The notes below the pieces were generated by a model, which had not been told where the DNA came from, made no database searches, and saw only the letters and a program-made list of their open reading frames with translations. A program made the translations under genes and the position numbers. DNA of 64,000 nt from Heterodontus francisci (lineage: Eukaryota), in NCBI RefSeq assembly GCF_036365525.1, contig NC_090378.1:25821953-25885952 (forward strand), given 5' to 3'. Below are positions 37,462-50,159 of the stretch, in pieces; position 1 is the stretch's first letter, and the number at the start of each line of letters is the position of its first letter.

Positions 37462-38060
37462 AGAAAAGCAAGATACTGTGGATGCTGGAAATCTGAAATA
37501 AAATAAACAGAAAATGCTGGAAATAATTAGCAGGTCTGGCAGCATCTGTGGAGAGAGGAAGAGTTAACGTTTCAGGTCTGTGACCTTTCATCAGAACTGA
37601 GAAAAGTTAGAAATCGAATAGGTTTTGAGAAAATGATGGAGGGAGGGGGAAGAACAACAAACGGGAAGGTCTGTGATAGGGTGGAGGGCAGGAGAGATTA
37701 AATGACAAAAGGGTTCATGGTGTAAGGCCAAAGGGAGTGGTAATGGGACACGTAAAGAAACAAAACCTGTGCCTAGAGGAAGTGTGAACGACAGGATCCT
37801 GAATAGTTGCTGTATGAATACAAAGCACATGAAATAAGACAGAAACAAGAGAAGAAAAAAATCAGTAAAGAAACACCAAACAAAATGGGGGCACAGGTAA
37901 TGTTTTAAAATGGTTGAACTCAGTGTTGAGCCTGGAAGGCTGTAAAGTGTCCAGTCGAAAGATGAGGAGGTATTCATTGAGCTTGCGTTGAGATTCACTG
38001 GAACACTGCGGCAGGCCAAGAACAGAAAGGTCAGAGTGGGAGCAAGGTGGAGAATTAAAA
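37462..38060 (-). mobile_element. Penelope-like 3' fragment (end of GIY-YIG + pLTR)
   Basis: Homologous to 27650-28330 (gatgctggaaatctgaaa; cactggaacactgc; gcttgcgttga). Confidence 0.85.
37562..37598 (-). ncRNA. Minimal type I hammerhead ribozyme motif, canonical core
   Basis: AGUU-CUGAUGA-A-AGGUC(ACA)GACCU-GAAA-CGUU/AACU. Confidence 0.8.
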
Positions 38061-38511
38061 TTAATATAAATAGACTATTTGGTGGGAGTCAGTCCCACCT
38101 CCAATTTACTAGCTGACATGATACTGTCAATAAAGACTCTGGCATTCAAACAGCTAAATCCCAAATAACTATATGCGGCTACTATAATCAGGAGACATCC
38201 AGAAACAATGTGACTGGCTTTTGAAAATAAAACACAAAGTTCATTTTGATCTCAACGCTGAGGGTTAATGATAGCAGCTCCCATCACAGCTGCTATCTTA
38301 CATACATTAACAGATCACAAGCCTGGGCTATTTGGTCAAACCATCTAGATTTGATGAAGGATTAAGATGTAAACAAAGGGCAGACTGACCCTGCCTGCCT
38401 GCCCTTCCCGCCCCCATTCAATGTCACCCATGCAGATTGTAGTCTCTCCCAGAAAGCAGTCTCCAAAGACACTTTTACAGCTGATGTTGTCACAGCTGTG
38501 CTGTCCTGTAA

Positions 38512-38512
<1 letters not shown>

Positions 38513-38568
<56 letters not shown>
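38513..38568. repeat. (TA)28 microsatellite
   Basis: Perfect TA run. Confidence 0.97.
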
Positions 38569-38570
<2 letters not shown>

Positions 38571-39569
38571 CTTGATATTGTGTATACATTAGAAAAAGGT
38601 TTGTATGACCTGAAACAGGACAGTTATGTATACGAAGACATGAAACTATCAGGCAATGACATCCCCCCATGCACCAATTTAAGAAATGCTCCACATTTTG
38701 TTTCATTTTCCCCGAGATGTTACTATCCCACCCCCTCCTGTTCTTGGCCAGCCAGGCAAACATGATTAAATTTCAATTTGAGGAAGAATGTGATTGTTCA
38801 TTAAAGCAAGAGTCGGGAGAGTCACTAAACCAACCGCATGTTGGCTAGTTCAACTCGCAAATAATTTAGTTTTTATTCTTTAAAACAGTAAAGAGCTATC
38901 CTTCTTCAGACCAAACTTGCACTGAATGCACAAGAAAACTGTGGTCCCTTCTAAAGAAAATGAGTGTTACTTTTGAGAAGGGGGCCATTGTATACTATGC
39001 AAGTACGTGCAAAACAATTTGATCACTGAATTTAATTAGAGAATAACTATGGTGGTGGGGGAGGGCGGGAGGACGTTCTAGGATAATTAGTTGATGAGCG
39101 TGGACCATCACATCCTACACTGAAGCAAGCAGAAGGCTACATATCAGCATGGAAAATAAAGCTCAATCATTCACCACCACGGATGTTTTGCTAGACTCTG
39201 GGTTACTGGATTGTAATATAATAAACAATAGTAAACCCCAGTGAAGGGAAAGTAAATTGCACTTTATTTTCAATAAAGAATGGTTAGAACCTTTGTCCTC
39301 ATCTGTAAATCCCTGTATGATTTCACTCTACCCAGTCTCTCAAATCTACTCCAGCCCTAAATCCCCTTCCAAATGTTCCATTTCTCTGATTCCAGCCCTC
39401 TGTGTATTCCTCTGTCCACTGCACCAGCAGTAACCCCCCCCCACCATCCACTTTCACCCTACCCAATCCGGCCTCACTCCACTGACGGCACGTTGTGCAG
39501 CTGCTTGTGTTCTACATTTTGGAGATTCCGCCTTAAACTTGCGTCTCTCCCTCCACCTCAAAAACTGAG

Positions 39570-39845
39570 GGAATGGCACACTGTTGGAAAAGGTGAGCAT
39601 AAAAGGTCCCATGGCATTATTTTGAAGAGGAGACGGGAAATTCTCCCTAGTGCCCTGGCCAGTCCTTCAACCAACATCACTTAACAAAAATAGATTATCT
39701 GATCACTATCACATTGCTGTTTGTGGGATCTTGCTGTGTGCAAATTGGCTGCAGCCTTTCCTTACAACAGTGACTGCATTTCTGGCTATAGAACACGTCT
39801 GGGCACTCTGAGGTCTGAAAGGCATTAAATAAATGCAAGTCTTTC
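39570..39845 (+). mobile_element. SacSINE1-type SINE fragment, preceded by an L2-like fragment at about 39290-39545
   Basis: cccatggcattatttt...cacattgctgtttgtgggatcttgctgtgtgcaaattggctg...taaatgcaagtctttc. Confidence 0.75.
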
Positions 39846-39999
39846 TTCCTTCATTTACAATAGGAACTGTTGATGTAAACTGCTAACATTAACTACATAC
39901 TCCCTCTGGTAGACACGTTGTAGCATCACCACTGGCAAGATGATGAAATTACAGCACAAGATGTTTACATTGCGTCACAAAAGGTTCTATTTTTACACT

Positions 40000-41772
40000 A
40001 GACTCTTGGACTTCTATGTGTTTAAAAAAAAAACTGAAAAAAGGATTTTGCTCAGTGAAAGACACCTGCAAAAATAAATGGAATTCCTGTACTGTTTTGA
40101 AAGGAAGTTAAACTTGGAAAAAGACAGGAAGGCCAGCAGTTTCAAGGAAACCCGAGGGGTTTGACCTTTCCTCAGAGCTGTTTTTGAACCGGGGGAGACA
40201 GTGTGTTTGGACGTGTGATCATATTCAGGAAGGTTCTTTTTTTAAACTTTGGACCCTTGTTACGACCAGGTGAGAAAGGTGTTTAGGGGTCCCTTTCAGC
40301 CTTCACCTGGCCTTACTGTAACAGGATTTAATTTTAAACACACCGTATTTTGAGCTTCCCCTTGGTGAATTCTTGTTCACTGCTTTCCAATTATAAGGCA
40401 AAGAAATGAGCACAAACAGGCTTTCTTAGGTTTAAAGAAGAAAACTGAAATTTATTAAAACTTAAATTCTAATTCGGTCTTCAATGGGTCTTGGAGTACC
40501 GTGAGAAAGAGATGGGAGCAGACAGGAGAGGCAGCGGCGAGCCAGCCATGAGAGGTTTGCTCCTGGACTGAAAAAATAGCTTTCTGCCAGATCAAAACTC
40601 TATGGCAAGTTCAAATTCAAAAAACTCAGGTTGTCCAGCAGTTTAATCATGTGACTAGTGGATGTGACCATGTCCATTTGTGTATTCGGCTATATTAGCA
40701 GTCAACCTGGAATGCGAGCTCCTCCACCTTCAAGGTCTGGTAATCAAAAGTCCACTGTGGATTAAATTGGAGCAAGGGGTAGCCCCTTTGTCCTTTCCAA
40801 GTACTGTCTGATAATATGCAAAAATGTCTCTCAGCAAAGGATCCATTGTGGGGTTTTTTTTTTTTTTTTTAAAAGCAGTTTTCTTCACTCCAGTAACACT
40901 TTAAAATTATTGTTCATGTGGGGGCCTGCATGACACCCTTTAAAAGCCTGTGAATTGGACAAAGGGCAGGTATTTGAAATCTTTGTTTGACCAGCCCGGA
41001 GCAACAGAGAAAAGACCCAGAAAAGTGCTACCTCTCTCTGTAAAGGAGACTTGCATCTCTTGAAAAGAAATCCTGCATTTGAAAAGTGGCTGATTCTTGT
41101 TGTCTCCCGTTCTGAAGAATTTCTGCATCCAGTGAGATTCCTGCTGCCTCCTGTGTTCTAAGAAATACTGAAATCTGAAGAATTCTTCTACTGTTAGACT
41201 GCTGCTTCAAAAACCCCAAGCAAATCTGTTGCTACACCCCTGACGGAAGACCTAAGTGACACCTGCTGCAGTTAAATCTCCGTGAAAGCCTACCAATCAC
41301 AGATTGTTCATCAACCTCACCTGGAGAGACTTCGAGTGGCATCCGATTATTCGATTCTGGGACACCTCACCGTACTGAAAACTTCCTACCAGAACATGAA
41401 CCTCAAATTTTTTTTTAAAAATTATTCCTTCTATTCCTAAGAAACAGTTATAATCCAAACCACCCTTTCAAAACCGGTTAACCGTTTCTGTTTCAATGTA
41501 TATGTTTGTGCATGAGGGTTAAGGGTTTAAGGAGTTTTTTCATGCATAGATTTATCTCGTTAGTAGTTAAGATTGATTAACTATTTTTTGGAAAAAAAAT
41601 AATGTTGTTGTTGTTTAAAGAAACCTGTTTTGGTGTGCTTTATTCAGGGGGGAAAATAGAGTGTTTAATTTGGCTAGTCTTCAGTAGGTGGGAAACTTTA
41701 TTTTATATGCTATGACCTGCGGAGTAGTGGGACTGAGTTAACAGTGCATTACTCCCGCGTTGGTCATAATAA
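40000..41772 (+). mobile_element. Older solo-LTR-like sequence hosting the 40258 LTR
   Basis: Ends in ...actcccgcgttggtcataat, resembling the reverse complement of the TGTTACGACC terminus; left boundary uncertain. Confidence 0.4.
40258..40935 (-). mobile_element. Solo LTR
   Basis: TGTTAC...ATGACA termini, 4-bp TSD CCCT/CCCT, AATAAA on the minus strand near 40450. Confidence 0.8.
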
Positions 41773-42616
41773 TTGACTGTTCCCAATATAAATGTAAAAT
41801 TAAGAATTTATATTGGTAGTGTAGAAAGAAGGACAGAATGGATGAATTCAAAATAGGGACTGTTAAATCTGCATGCTCTGATCCAATATCGCTGCCTTCT
41901 AATCCTGCTCCACCTGAAAACTTCTCGATCTCCACTCTTTGTGTGCTACAGCAGGGAAATCAACTTATAAAATACACAGGCGATCGTACTTTCTTGAGAA
42001 TCCAATTTATATATTTTTTTTAAATCAAAAAAGAAAAAGAAAAACGTCATCAGAAGATAAAGCAGCCTATGTGCACTTAAAACCATTACAGTGACACACA
42101 GCCATGGCTTAATGCATTTTGTCAGGCAGGTTTGGCACAGTTTGAAGTAAACTGCCTGACCCCATAATTTTCCAGGAGTAATACTGTGAACTTCTGACCT
42201 GCCAAAAATAAAACCACATTGGTTCCTTTTGAAAGCTATGAGTTCAGAAGAGGAAAAACAAAAAAACATTTTATTTATGGCCGAATTATGTGCATTCATC
42301 CTCAAGGGAAGAGAGAAACCTCCTCTTTACACACTGGCCCAAGAAATTACATTCATATATATATTTTGAGTTGATCTTCCATACCAGGCCAAGTGTAATT
42401 TTCAGCTGAAGCGAGGTTAAAAGGTGGGGATAATTGGGTCAGAGCACACAGGTGTAAACAGTCCCTATTTTCAAGTTGTACATTCTGTCCTCATTGTTCT
42501 ATTCCAGAAAGCCAGCTGAAGGATAGAAATGAAGCCAATTTTTACACACATTTATATTTATTTACAGAATTACACACTACAAGCATATACCTCCTAATCC
42601 AACAACCACAGCTTTA

Positions 42617-43292
42617 GAGCAGAATTTAATTTAATTCCGCCCTCAGGAGCGGGCTGGGAGGCGGTGGGGAACTGTAGAATCAAGGAGGGAGTCGAGTGCC
42701 TGTCACCTTCCCAACCTCCGATGAAGTCAGGGGTGAGAAAGTCGAGCGAAGCCTTCCCACCAAGAGGCCATTTAAGGGCCTCATCCCACCACGGCTAGTA
42801 TCCAGCAGGTGGGGGAGACCACACAGTTAAAGCTGGTGGCCTCAAGTGGGCCCTCACGATCGGGCACCCGTGACCAACGGAGGGCACTCCCCGATAGCAA
42901 GAACCTCTTCCTCGTACAGCAACCCACCCCCTAGACCCCTCCCCACAAAAGACACCCCAACTTGGGTCTGCCAACTGGCCCTGGCTAGTCCTACAAACTT
43001 ATCTTCATTCTGGGGCCTCCTCCATGTGGCTAGCCCTGGCCAGCTGCAGTCCCAGCAGTGGCCACCAATCCTGGTGGCGCTGCTGGGATTGAACAGCTAC
43101 CAGCTATCCAACTGGCCATCAGCTCTTGGAGGTAGGATTTCCCCCTTAAAGGGATGGAAGCCTTGATGGCAGGCAGTTAATTTCCCAATGGCCATGTAAT
43201 TGCACAGGACTTAAAAGAATGGCCGCAGCAGGGTTGCCCCCAGCTTTCCGGCCGGTGGACAGGGCCAGCACCGCGGCCATTAAATTCAGCCC
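42617..43292. mobile_element. PIF/Harbinger-like MITE inserted in the copia 3' LTR
   Basis: TIRs GAGCAGAATTTAAT / ATTAAATTCAGCCC, TSD TTA/TTA. Confidence 0.85.
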
Positions 43293-44289
43293 TTAGTCTC
43301 TATTTATAGGGCTCAAGTGAATCCCTGGTTAATGCCCACCACCTGCATACAATTAAACACAGTTAATTTACAATCAACAGATTCCTTTCTCTCTCTTCGA
43401 ATAAAGTTGGAGTTAATATGCACAAATAAAATTTCAAAACAAATTAAATCAAAAACCTCCATGTTGTGTACAAAGCATTGCATTGCAAGACACCCCTCCT
43501 TTAGGATCCTTAACAATTTCTTTGTACATGCAATTTTATTTGTAAAACAATTAGACAGTTGGACGATCGATTAAGAGATTTCCTTTCTCTCCAGCATTTG
43601 TTTCAAGCCAGCAAGGTCAATCTGTAACCTTTTCTCACTCACTTTTTGTAGAGTGTACATTATCCACATAACATTCAATGGGTATACGATCTTCAGTACG
43701 TCCCTTGCACAGAATTTCACTTAAAAGTTTTGATAAATCCCATATCCATTACCTGCACAAGAGCCAGTGTTTCAGCAGCTACAGTACTTTTAACACTGGT
43801 TTGTATTTTCTTAGCTTCCCAAGCTAAAGGACAACATTTCACATTTTCACCCATGAGATATTAAGAAGCCAGCTGCATTAGAATACCATCAGGAAGATTA
43901 GTATGTGAAGCATCATCAAAAATGACTAGCTTCATGTTCTTTGGGACACCTAAGGATGGGAACTTAAGTACATATTTCTACAGATCTAATTTTTTTAAAA
44001 TGTTTTATTTGCCCTTTAACATTCTCAACTTCAAGGTGTTTCATCGTAGTACTTAATTCCAACACATTGAAACTAATATCTGGTCTATTCTGAGCGCCCA
44101 ATCAGTTCAACTGACCAATCAAACTTTGCAATTGTTCCATCTCTTTCGATATAACCACATCTTTCTAATGATGACCTGGCATGATTAACCGGGATGGGAC
44201 TAACATGCTATAGATAGGATCATTGATTTAAAATGTTATTCTAGACTTATTCTGCTTAATATCTAAACCAATATATTGAAATGCCACAC

Positions 44290-44518
44290 AAGCCTGTCTC
44301 CCAGGCCGGAATGTAACAGTGAGGTGGTGGTCCCACCCACTGGCCGGAAAGTCAGGGTGAGCCCGCCTCCACCAGGCCTGGAAGCCAGGCTGCTAAAATT
44401 GCAGCAGGGGTCCGTAGGTGACGGACACGAAACCCCCCCTGCCTCCCACACAATTTTACATTCCTCCTCACCTCCTAGCCCACTCTGGGGGGGGGGGGGG
44501 GGCATTAAATTCAGTCCC
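44290..44518. mobile_element. Partial MITE of the same family inside the copia RT
   Basis: Right TIR attaaattcagtccc, GC-rich, poly-G run. Confidence 0.6.
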
Positions 44519-45064
44519 AATTACCCTAATCTTAACATGCTTCTCAAATTCCACAGTACCACCCTATAAGAAATCATCGGCATGCATCATGAAGATGCCT
44601 GAAAGTTTTCCTTTATGATACCAATAAAACATTGCTTTTGGTTGAATACAATCTATATTCAGGAAAACAGATTTCACTGAAAAATACCACATGCTGGAAG
44701 CATCATTCAGACCATAGACACATTTGTTTAGTTTCCTTAGTTTTTCTTCTGCATCTGCTGCCTCTTTGGGCAGTTTCAGAACCACCTCTCTCTGAAATGT
44801 ATCGTACTGTAGAGAAGGATTTTATGTCGATTGATCTACACTTCCATGAATATGTAGCAAAAAGAGCTAAAAGGACTTTCAAGAACACTTTTCCAGCTGT
44901 GGGAGAGACCACTCTAACAAGCAGCCACTCTTCAAAATCCCCTGCAACTAGCCTTGCTTTAGCCTTAAAGTCCCATCTGCAAGGATATTTTCAGTGCAGA
45001 TCTATGTGACAAAACTGGTTTCCCTCAGAATAAATTCCAAACTCTCCAACTATCTAATTCCTTT

Positions 45065-45416
45065 GGGCGGCGCAGTGGTTAGCACCGCAGCCTCACAGCT
45101 CCAGGGACCCGGGTTCAATTCTGGGTACTGCCTGTGTGGAGTTTGCAAGTTCTCCCTGTGTCTGCGTGGGTTTTCTCCGGGTGCTCCGGTTTCCTCCCAC
45201 AAGCCAAAAGACTTGCAGGTTGATAGGTAAATTGGCCATTATAAATTGTCACTAGTATAGGTAGGTGGTAGGGAAATATAGGGACAGGTGGGGATGTTTG
45301 GTAGGAATATGGGATTAGTGTAGGATTAGTATAAATGGGTGGTTGATGTTCGGCACAGACTTGGTGGGCTGAAGGGTCTGTTTCAGTGCTGTATCTCTAA
45401 TCTAATCTAATCTAAT
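45065..45416 (+). mobile_element. HE1-type V-SINE inside the copia element
   Basis: HE1 head and V-domain, (TCTAA)n tail. Confidence 0.9.
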
Positions 45417-47474
45417 CCTTTTGCTTTGCTTCTCTTATTAGTATACCAATTTTAATGACAGCCACCAAAAACTTCACAATCATGGAGGACTTCTGCTTCT
45501 AGTTCTGTGGTCTTCACTTCATTGTGTAATTTATTCAAGCTGGAGTCTCTATTTGCACTTTTTATGTCTGTCAGAACTACGACTGCAAGAAAGTCCTCTT
45601 TCACTAACGGCGGGTCTTCCTCCGTATTGTGATTGTTTTCCGACGCAAGAGTCAGTTCCAGACCCACTTTTAGAACTTGCACTGCGCTTCCTTATTCTAC
45701 ACTCTTTCACCCCATTTGCCAGTCCATGGACCTCACCTCTTGGCCATCCTCCTGAACATTCAACCAATATTTAAACTTGCCGGTAGCTTTCTCTGCACGT
45801 CCCACAATTGTCGCATCCCTCCATTCACTACACCTCTCTGGAATATGTCACCCAAGTACCCACTCTGGGCAATTGGCCTGCGGATGTGATATATTTGTCC
45901 TGCGGATGTGATATATTTGTCCTGTGTGACATGATCACTCACGTTATTACCATCCAGCCCTTGATCTACTGTATTCTGTTGCTCAGGACCTTCATGACAA
46001 AACACGGAGCACTTGAGGTATAAGGTGCCTTGTTTACTTCCATCAGCTGCTCAGAGTTCGAGATTTTATAATGAATTACGATTAATCGTGAGGATGAACC
46101 TTAACAGTTTGATCGCCATATTTGATAACTACTGTCTTATTATCATGACCTTTCCATTCTCTATGACCCATTTTCTTATAATACAGTAAATCTCCTGCAT
46201 TAAATTCTGTCCTAGATAGTTTTAAACTATGCATCAGAGCTCTGAATTTTCTCAGACCTCAGCTTTGATGAGAGCCCATCTCCCTGCATGTAAAGCATTA
46301 AAATGTGCAGGAAAAAAATGGAACTATAGTGCCTTCTAGAGCAGGTACAGCCACAGAAGGCAATTTGGGATTTTGCCCATAGACCAATTGATAGGGACTA
46401 CACCCTCCAACCATCTGAGTGAATTCTTTGCATGAACCACCTGTGCCAGTGGGGTTGTCAACATGCAGTCTGATTGAGCATGTAAAATTTTATGCGGCAT
46501 TTCATCAACCACCACAAGATTCCTTTCACACAGCCCACTGCTGAAAGGACTTTCAGTTGCAGTACTCATGACCCTGATGTTCATGTTTTCACATATCTCT
46601 GAACTCATCATTAGCAAATTCCCCTCCATTGGGAATCAGAAACTTAGCTGGTGCCCCAAGTTTAGTCCCTATCCATTCCTCCATGATTTTTTTATAATCA
46701 CGCTTACCAAGTATTATTACAAAAAGACTAAATCTGGTTGCCAAGTCTACAAAATGTACAAATGAAAATATCTGCCTTTATCCCATACCTTTAGAACCAC
46801 GGCAACTACCTAGTTAAAGTCACATGCCAATGAAAGGCTTACAAGATGTGGCGACATCCTCTGATACCTTTTACAGATTTCACACTTCTCACTAATGTCG
46901 GTTAGCTTTGTATACTCTTCATCAACCACACCCGCATCGTTCAGCAAGATTTTAAAGCTCTGACAAGTAGGGTGAACAAATTGTATATGTAATTTTAAGA
47001 CAATTTGGTTTTTTTTCTCTGACTCTTAGCACTGGATGCCATTAATACTTGTCTAACACTCTGATGAGAAACATCAGTTTTTGTTATGGGGATGCAATAA
47101 TGTCCTGACTGGGTCAGATCCACTGACTTTCCAAAAATAATTGCATTATCATTCTCCATGTCAAGTTTCATTTGTGCCTTTATCAAAGAATATTTACTCA
47201 ACAGCAAAGGTATTTCACTAGAGACTAGATCAGTACTGATAAAGTGGCTTACTCTAGCTATTTTACATGGAATTACAACTCCGTTTAGTGACCGCAGTGT
47301 GTTGTCATCACCAAACCTAAAGCAAGTAGTGCTTTTATTTTCTTTAACCTTGCAGCGATCCTCACTACTCAATGAATCAAAGTAACATTTTAACCAATCT
47401 GTCCCACATACTGTTGAAGTGCAAGCACCATCTAGCACTGTACAGTTAAATGAGTCCACAAACAACACATTCAT

Positions 47475-47678
47475 AGAAAATGCTGGAAATGCTCAGGTCA
47501 GACAGCATCTGTGGGGAGTAAAACAGAGTTAACATTTCAGTTCTGCTGATCTTGAAAGGTCACAGGAACCAGAAACTGTTTCTCTCGCCACAGATGCTGT
47601 CTAACCTGGAGTATTTCCAGCATTTTCTGTGGTTTGTTTCAGATTTCCAGCATCCGCATAATTTTGCTTTTGTATTGA
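47475..47678. mobile_element. Two inverted Penelope pLTR remnants inside the copia element
   Basis: gaaaatgctggaaat..gcatctgtgg..gagttaac followed by its inverse cacagatgctg...ttccagcatccgca; aacacattcat is repeated on both sides. Confidence 0.7.
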
Positions 47679-49725
47679 AGAACACATTCATCACAGGATT
47701 AAAACTCCTTGTGACCAGTATTATTTGTTCAAATTATCATCAACCTTCTCCTCAGAATTCTCTGTCATGTATCATTTTGAGGACCCTGCCTCTCCATTTT
47801 GGGCAGTTTATTGCACAATGATACTTTGAGTCACACCTGAAGTGCCTATGAGCTGTCCCTTGGGCATTCACCTATTATTGCTGTTCCAATTCTGTCTTCT
47901 GCTGTCATACCCAGATCTGCTAAAGGTGCTTTCATCCTCATTCTGCCTTTCTTTAATCCTTCCATTGTACTGATGCCTGCCTCAAGTATCTGGACCATTT
48001 TGAAATCTGGCAACCCTAGAGTCCTCTCTTCTTTGTGTCACTGTGGAATGTCCCATTTGTTCCACGAAGGCTGAAGAAAATGACTATTTCCCCAGTACTC
48101 TTTCCAAGGCAGCAGACATCTGATCCAACAGGGTCTCCCTCTCAGAGAACTGAACACCAGGTAGACCCAGAAACCTGTCCATATGCAACATCTTAACACA
48201 ATCCACCAATTTAACCTGTTGTATAAAAGATTGATGAAATTCAATCTGTTAAAGTCCATGATATATTTCGCCATGGAATGACCAACTGTTTTCCGAAATC
48301 TGTCAAATTTTAACCATGCCTCATAGGCATTTAATAGATCTTCTTTCTTGTAAATTTCATCCAAGAGCTCTAACAGAAGATCCAAACTTTCACCAGTATC
48401 CAACTGACGGGCATCCAGCTCACTAAATACTTTACTGCCGATTTTACTTTTTGTAAGAAACGACAATGCCAAGATCATATCTTGTTTTCTCTTTGGTAGA
48501 GATGTAACCAGTGCCCACATATCCACTTAATTCTCCCACTGGTCATATGGTTCAGACTCCGAGAACATTGGATGGTAATCATATCCCGACAATTTATACT
48601 TGCTTTCCGCCATTTCTCACAATGGCGATTAGGATTGGAGTTTACTCTGATTTTTTTTTCTTAGCTTCCAGCCTTCACTTTTACACAACCATTCTCTGCT
48701 ACCATGTTCTATTCCAGAAAACCAGTTGGTGAAGGATAGAGCTGGAGCCAATCTTTCCACGCTTTAATATTTATTTCAGAGTTACATATTGCAAGCATAC
48801 AATTCCTAACCCAGCAACCGGTTTCAGATTGTATCTGTTTATAGGGCTCAAGTAAATCCCCACTTAATGGCCATCATCTGCATACAATTAAACACAATTA
48901 ATATTCAAATAACACTCAGCTCCTGTCCTACAGTTGATGGGATAAAATAAAATGATTTTGGGCCAGGTTTCAGCTAGGTGTGCATGAATGAATTCATGGC
49001 TAAAAAGTGTGGTCAAAAAACACACACGGTCATATTTTTAATTCCACTTTCCCTAACTACATGCTTCACCTCAGCTATTCTGGCATTCCACCTTTGTAGC
49101 GATTCGGCACTAGAATGATCACATTGCCCTCGTCTAGTAGATATTTCCCCTACTGCTGCCCAAATTTGTAGAAGATATTTTATAGTCCAAAATGAAAACT
49201 AAACTGATGTCCAGACTCCTCTCCTTACATGGATATGGCTCTGGTTACGATTTGTTTTTTTTTGGAGATAAAGATTTTGATTATGACAGGTCTGACCGAT
49301 ATACCTCATTTCAGTTCAGGCTCTCTCCCAAAACTCTTCACTTGCGTACACAGAGCACAGACACAGTTTCCATAAATTGACCCTGGTCTCCTATGAAATG
49401 AAATTTGTTCCCTTATATACTGGTATGAATGGGGCAAAATGTTTAATATTTACCTTTCCTAAAGTATCTTTCACTAGATATGATGTGGTTTTCTCACTAC
49501 ATTCGTGAGCCCACACTGAAACACACTATTCTGGCAGCCCACCATGTACAGGCAAAACTCAATCAGTTAAATTTATTTGCAAAAAAATTATAGAGACAGA
49601 TGAATATAGCAACCAACCTTCAGTGTGATTATTTGACTCATACAATGATTAAACTCTTCTCTAAAAGAAGTTAAAAATCTAAATTGAAACTGTATAGAAA
49701 GAACCAAGTCTCTGTCGGTACATAT

Positions 49726-50080
49726 GGGCGGCACAGTGGCGCAGTGGTTAGCACCGCAGCCTCACAGCTCCAGCGACCCGGGTTCAATTCTGGGTACTGC
49801 CTGTGTGGAGTTTGCAAGTTCTCCCTGTGTCTGCGTGGGTTTCCTCCGGGTGCTCCGGTTTCCTCCCACACCCAAAAGACTTGCAGGTTGGTAGGTAAAT
49901 TGGCCATTATAAATTGCCCCTAGTATAGGTAGGTGGTAGGGAAATATAGGGACAGGTGGGGATGTGGTAGGAATATGGGATTAGTGTAGCATTAGTATAA
50001 ATGGGTGGTTGATGGTCGGCACAGACTCAGTGGGCCGAAGGGCCTGTTTCAGTGCTGTATCTCTAAATAACATAAATAAA
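49726..50080 (+). mobile_element. HE1-type V-SINE
   Basis: Full head, V-domain and tail. Confidence 0.92.
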
Positions 50081-50159
50081 AATATGTGGCAGACTTCGCA
50101 CACAGCCTCTTCCTCAATCTTAACTTGGAAATTCCCAGTCAAACGGGAAAGTCAAGATG

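Larger units (their letters stand above)
42495..48914 (-). mobile_element. Full-length decayed Ty1/copia LTR retrotransposon, GalEa-like
   Basis: LTRs 48705-48914 and 42495-43379 (split by a MITE), TG...CA, TSD ctcat/ctcag; PBS TGGTAGCAGAG (tRNA-iMet) 48689-48704; PPT about 43381-43395; order gag - PR (LDGACTSTVCG, FRFG, IPLLLS) - INT (ESPFSSGLCERN) - RT (IDIKS, VYGLNDAS, HADDFL). Confidence 0.9.

Noticed and set aside
38362-38765. ORFs with IYIYIY repeats
   Set aside because: Artefact of the (TA)28 microsatellite.
45877-45920. 22-bp tandem duplication cctgcggatgtgatatatttgt x2
   Set aside because: Local slippage inside the decayed copia element; two units with no spacers, so not an array.
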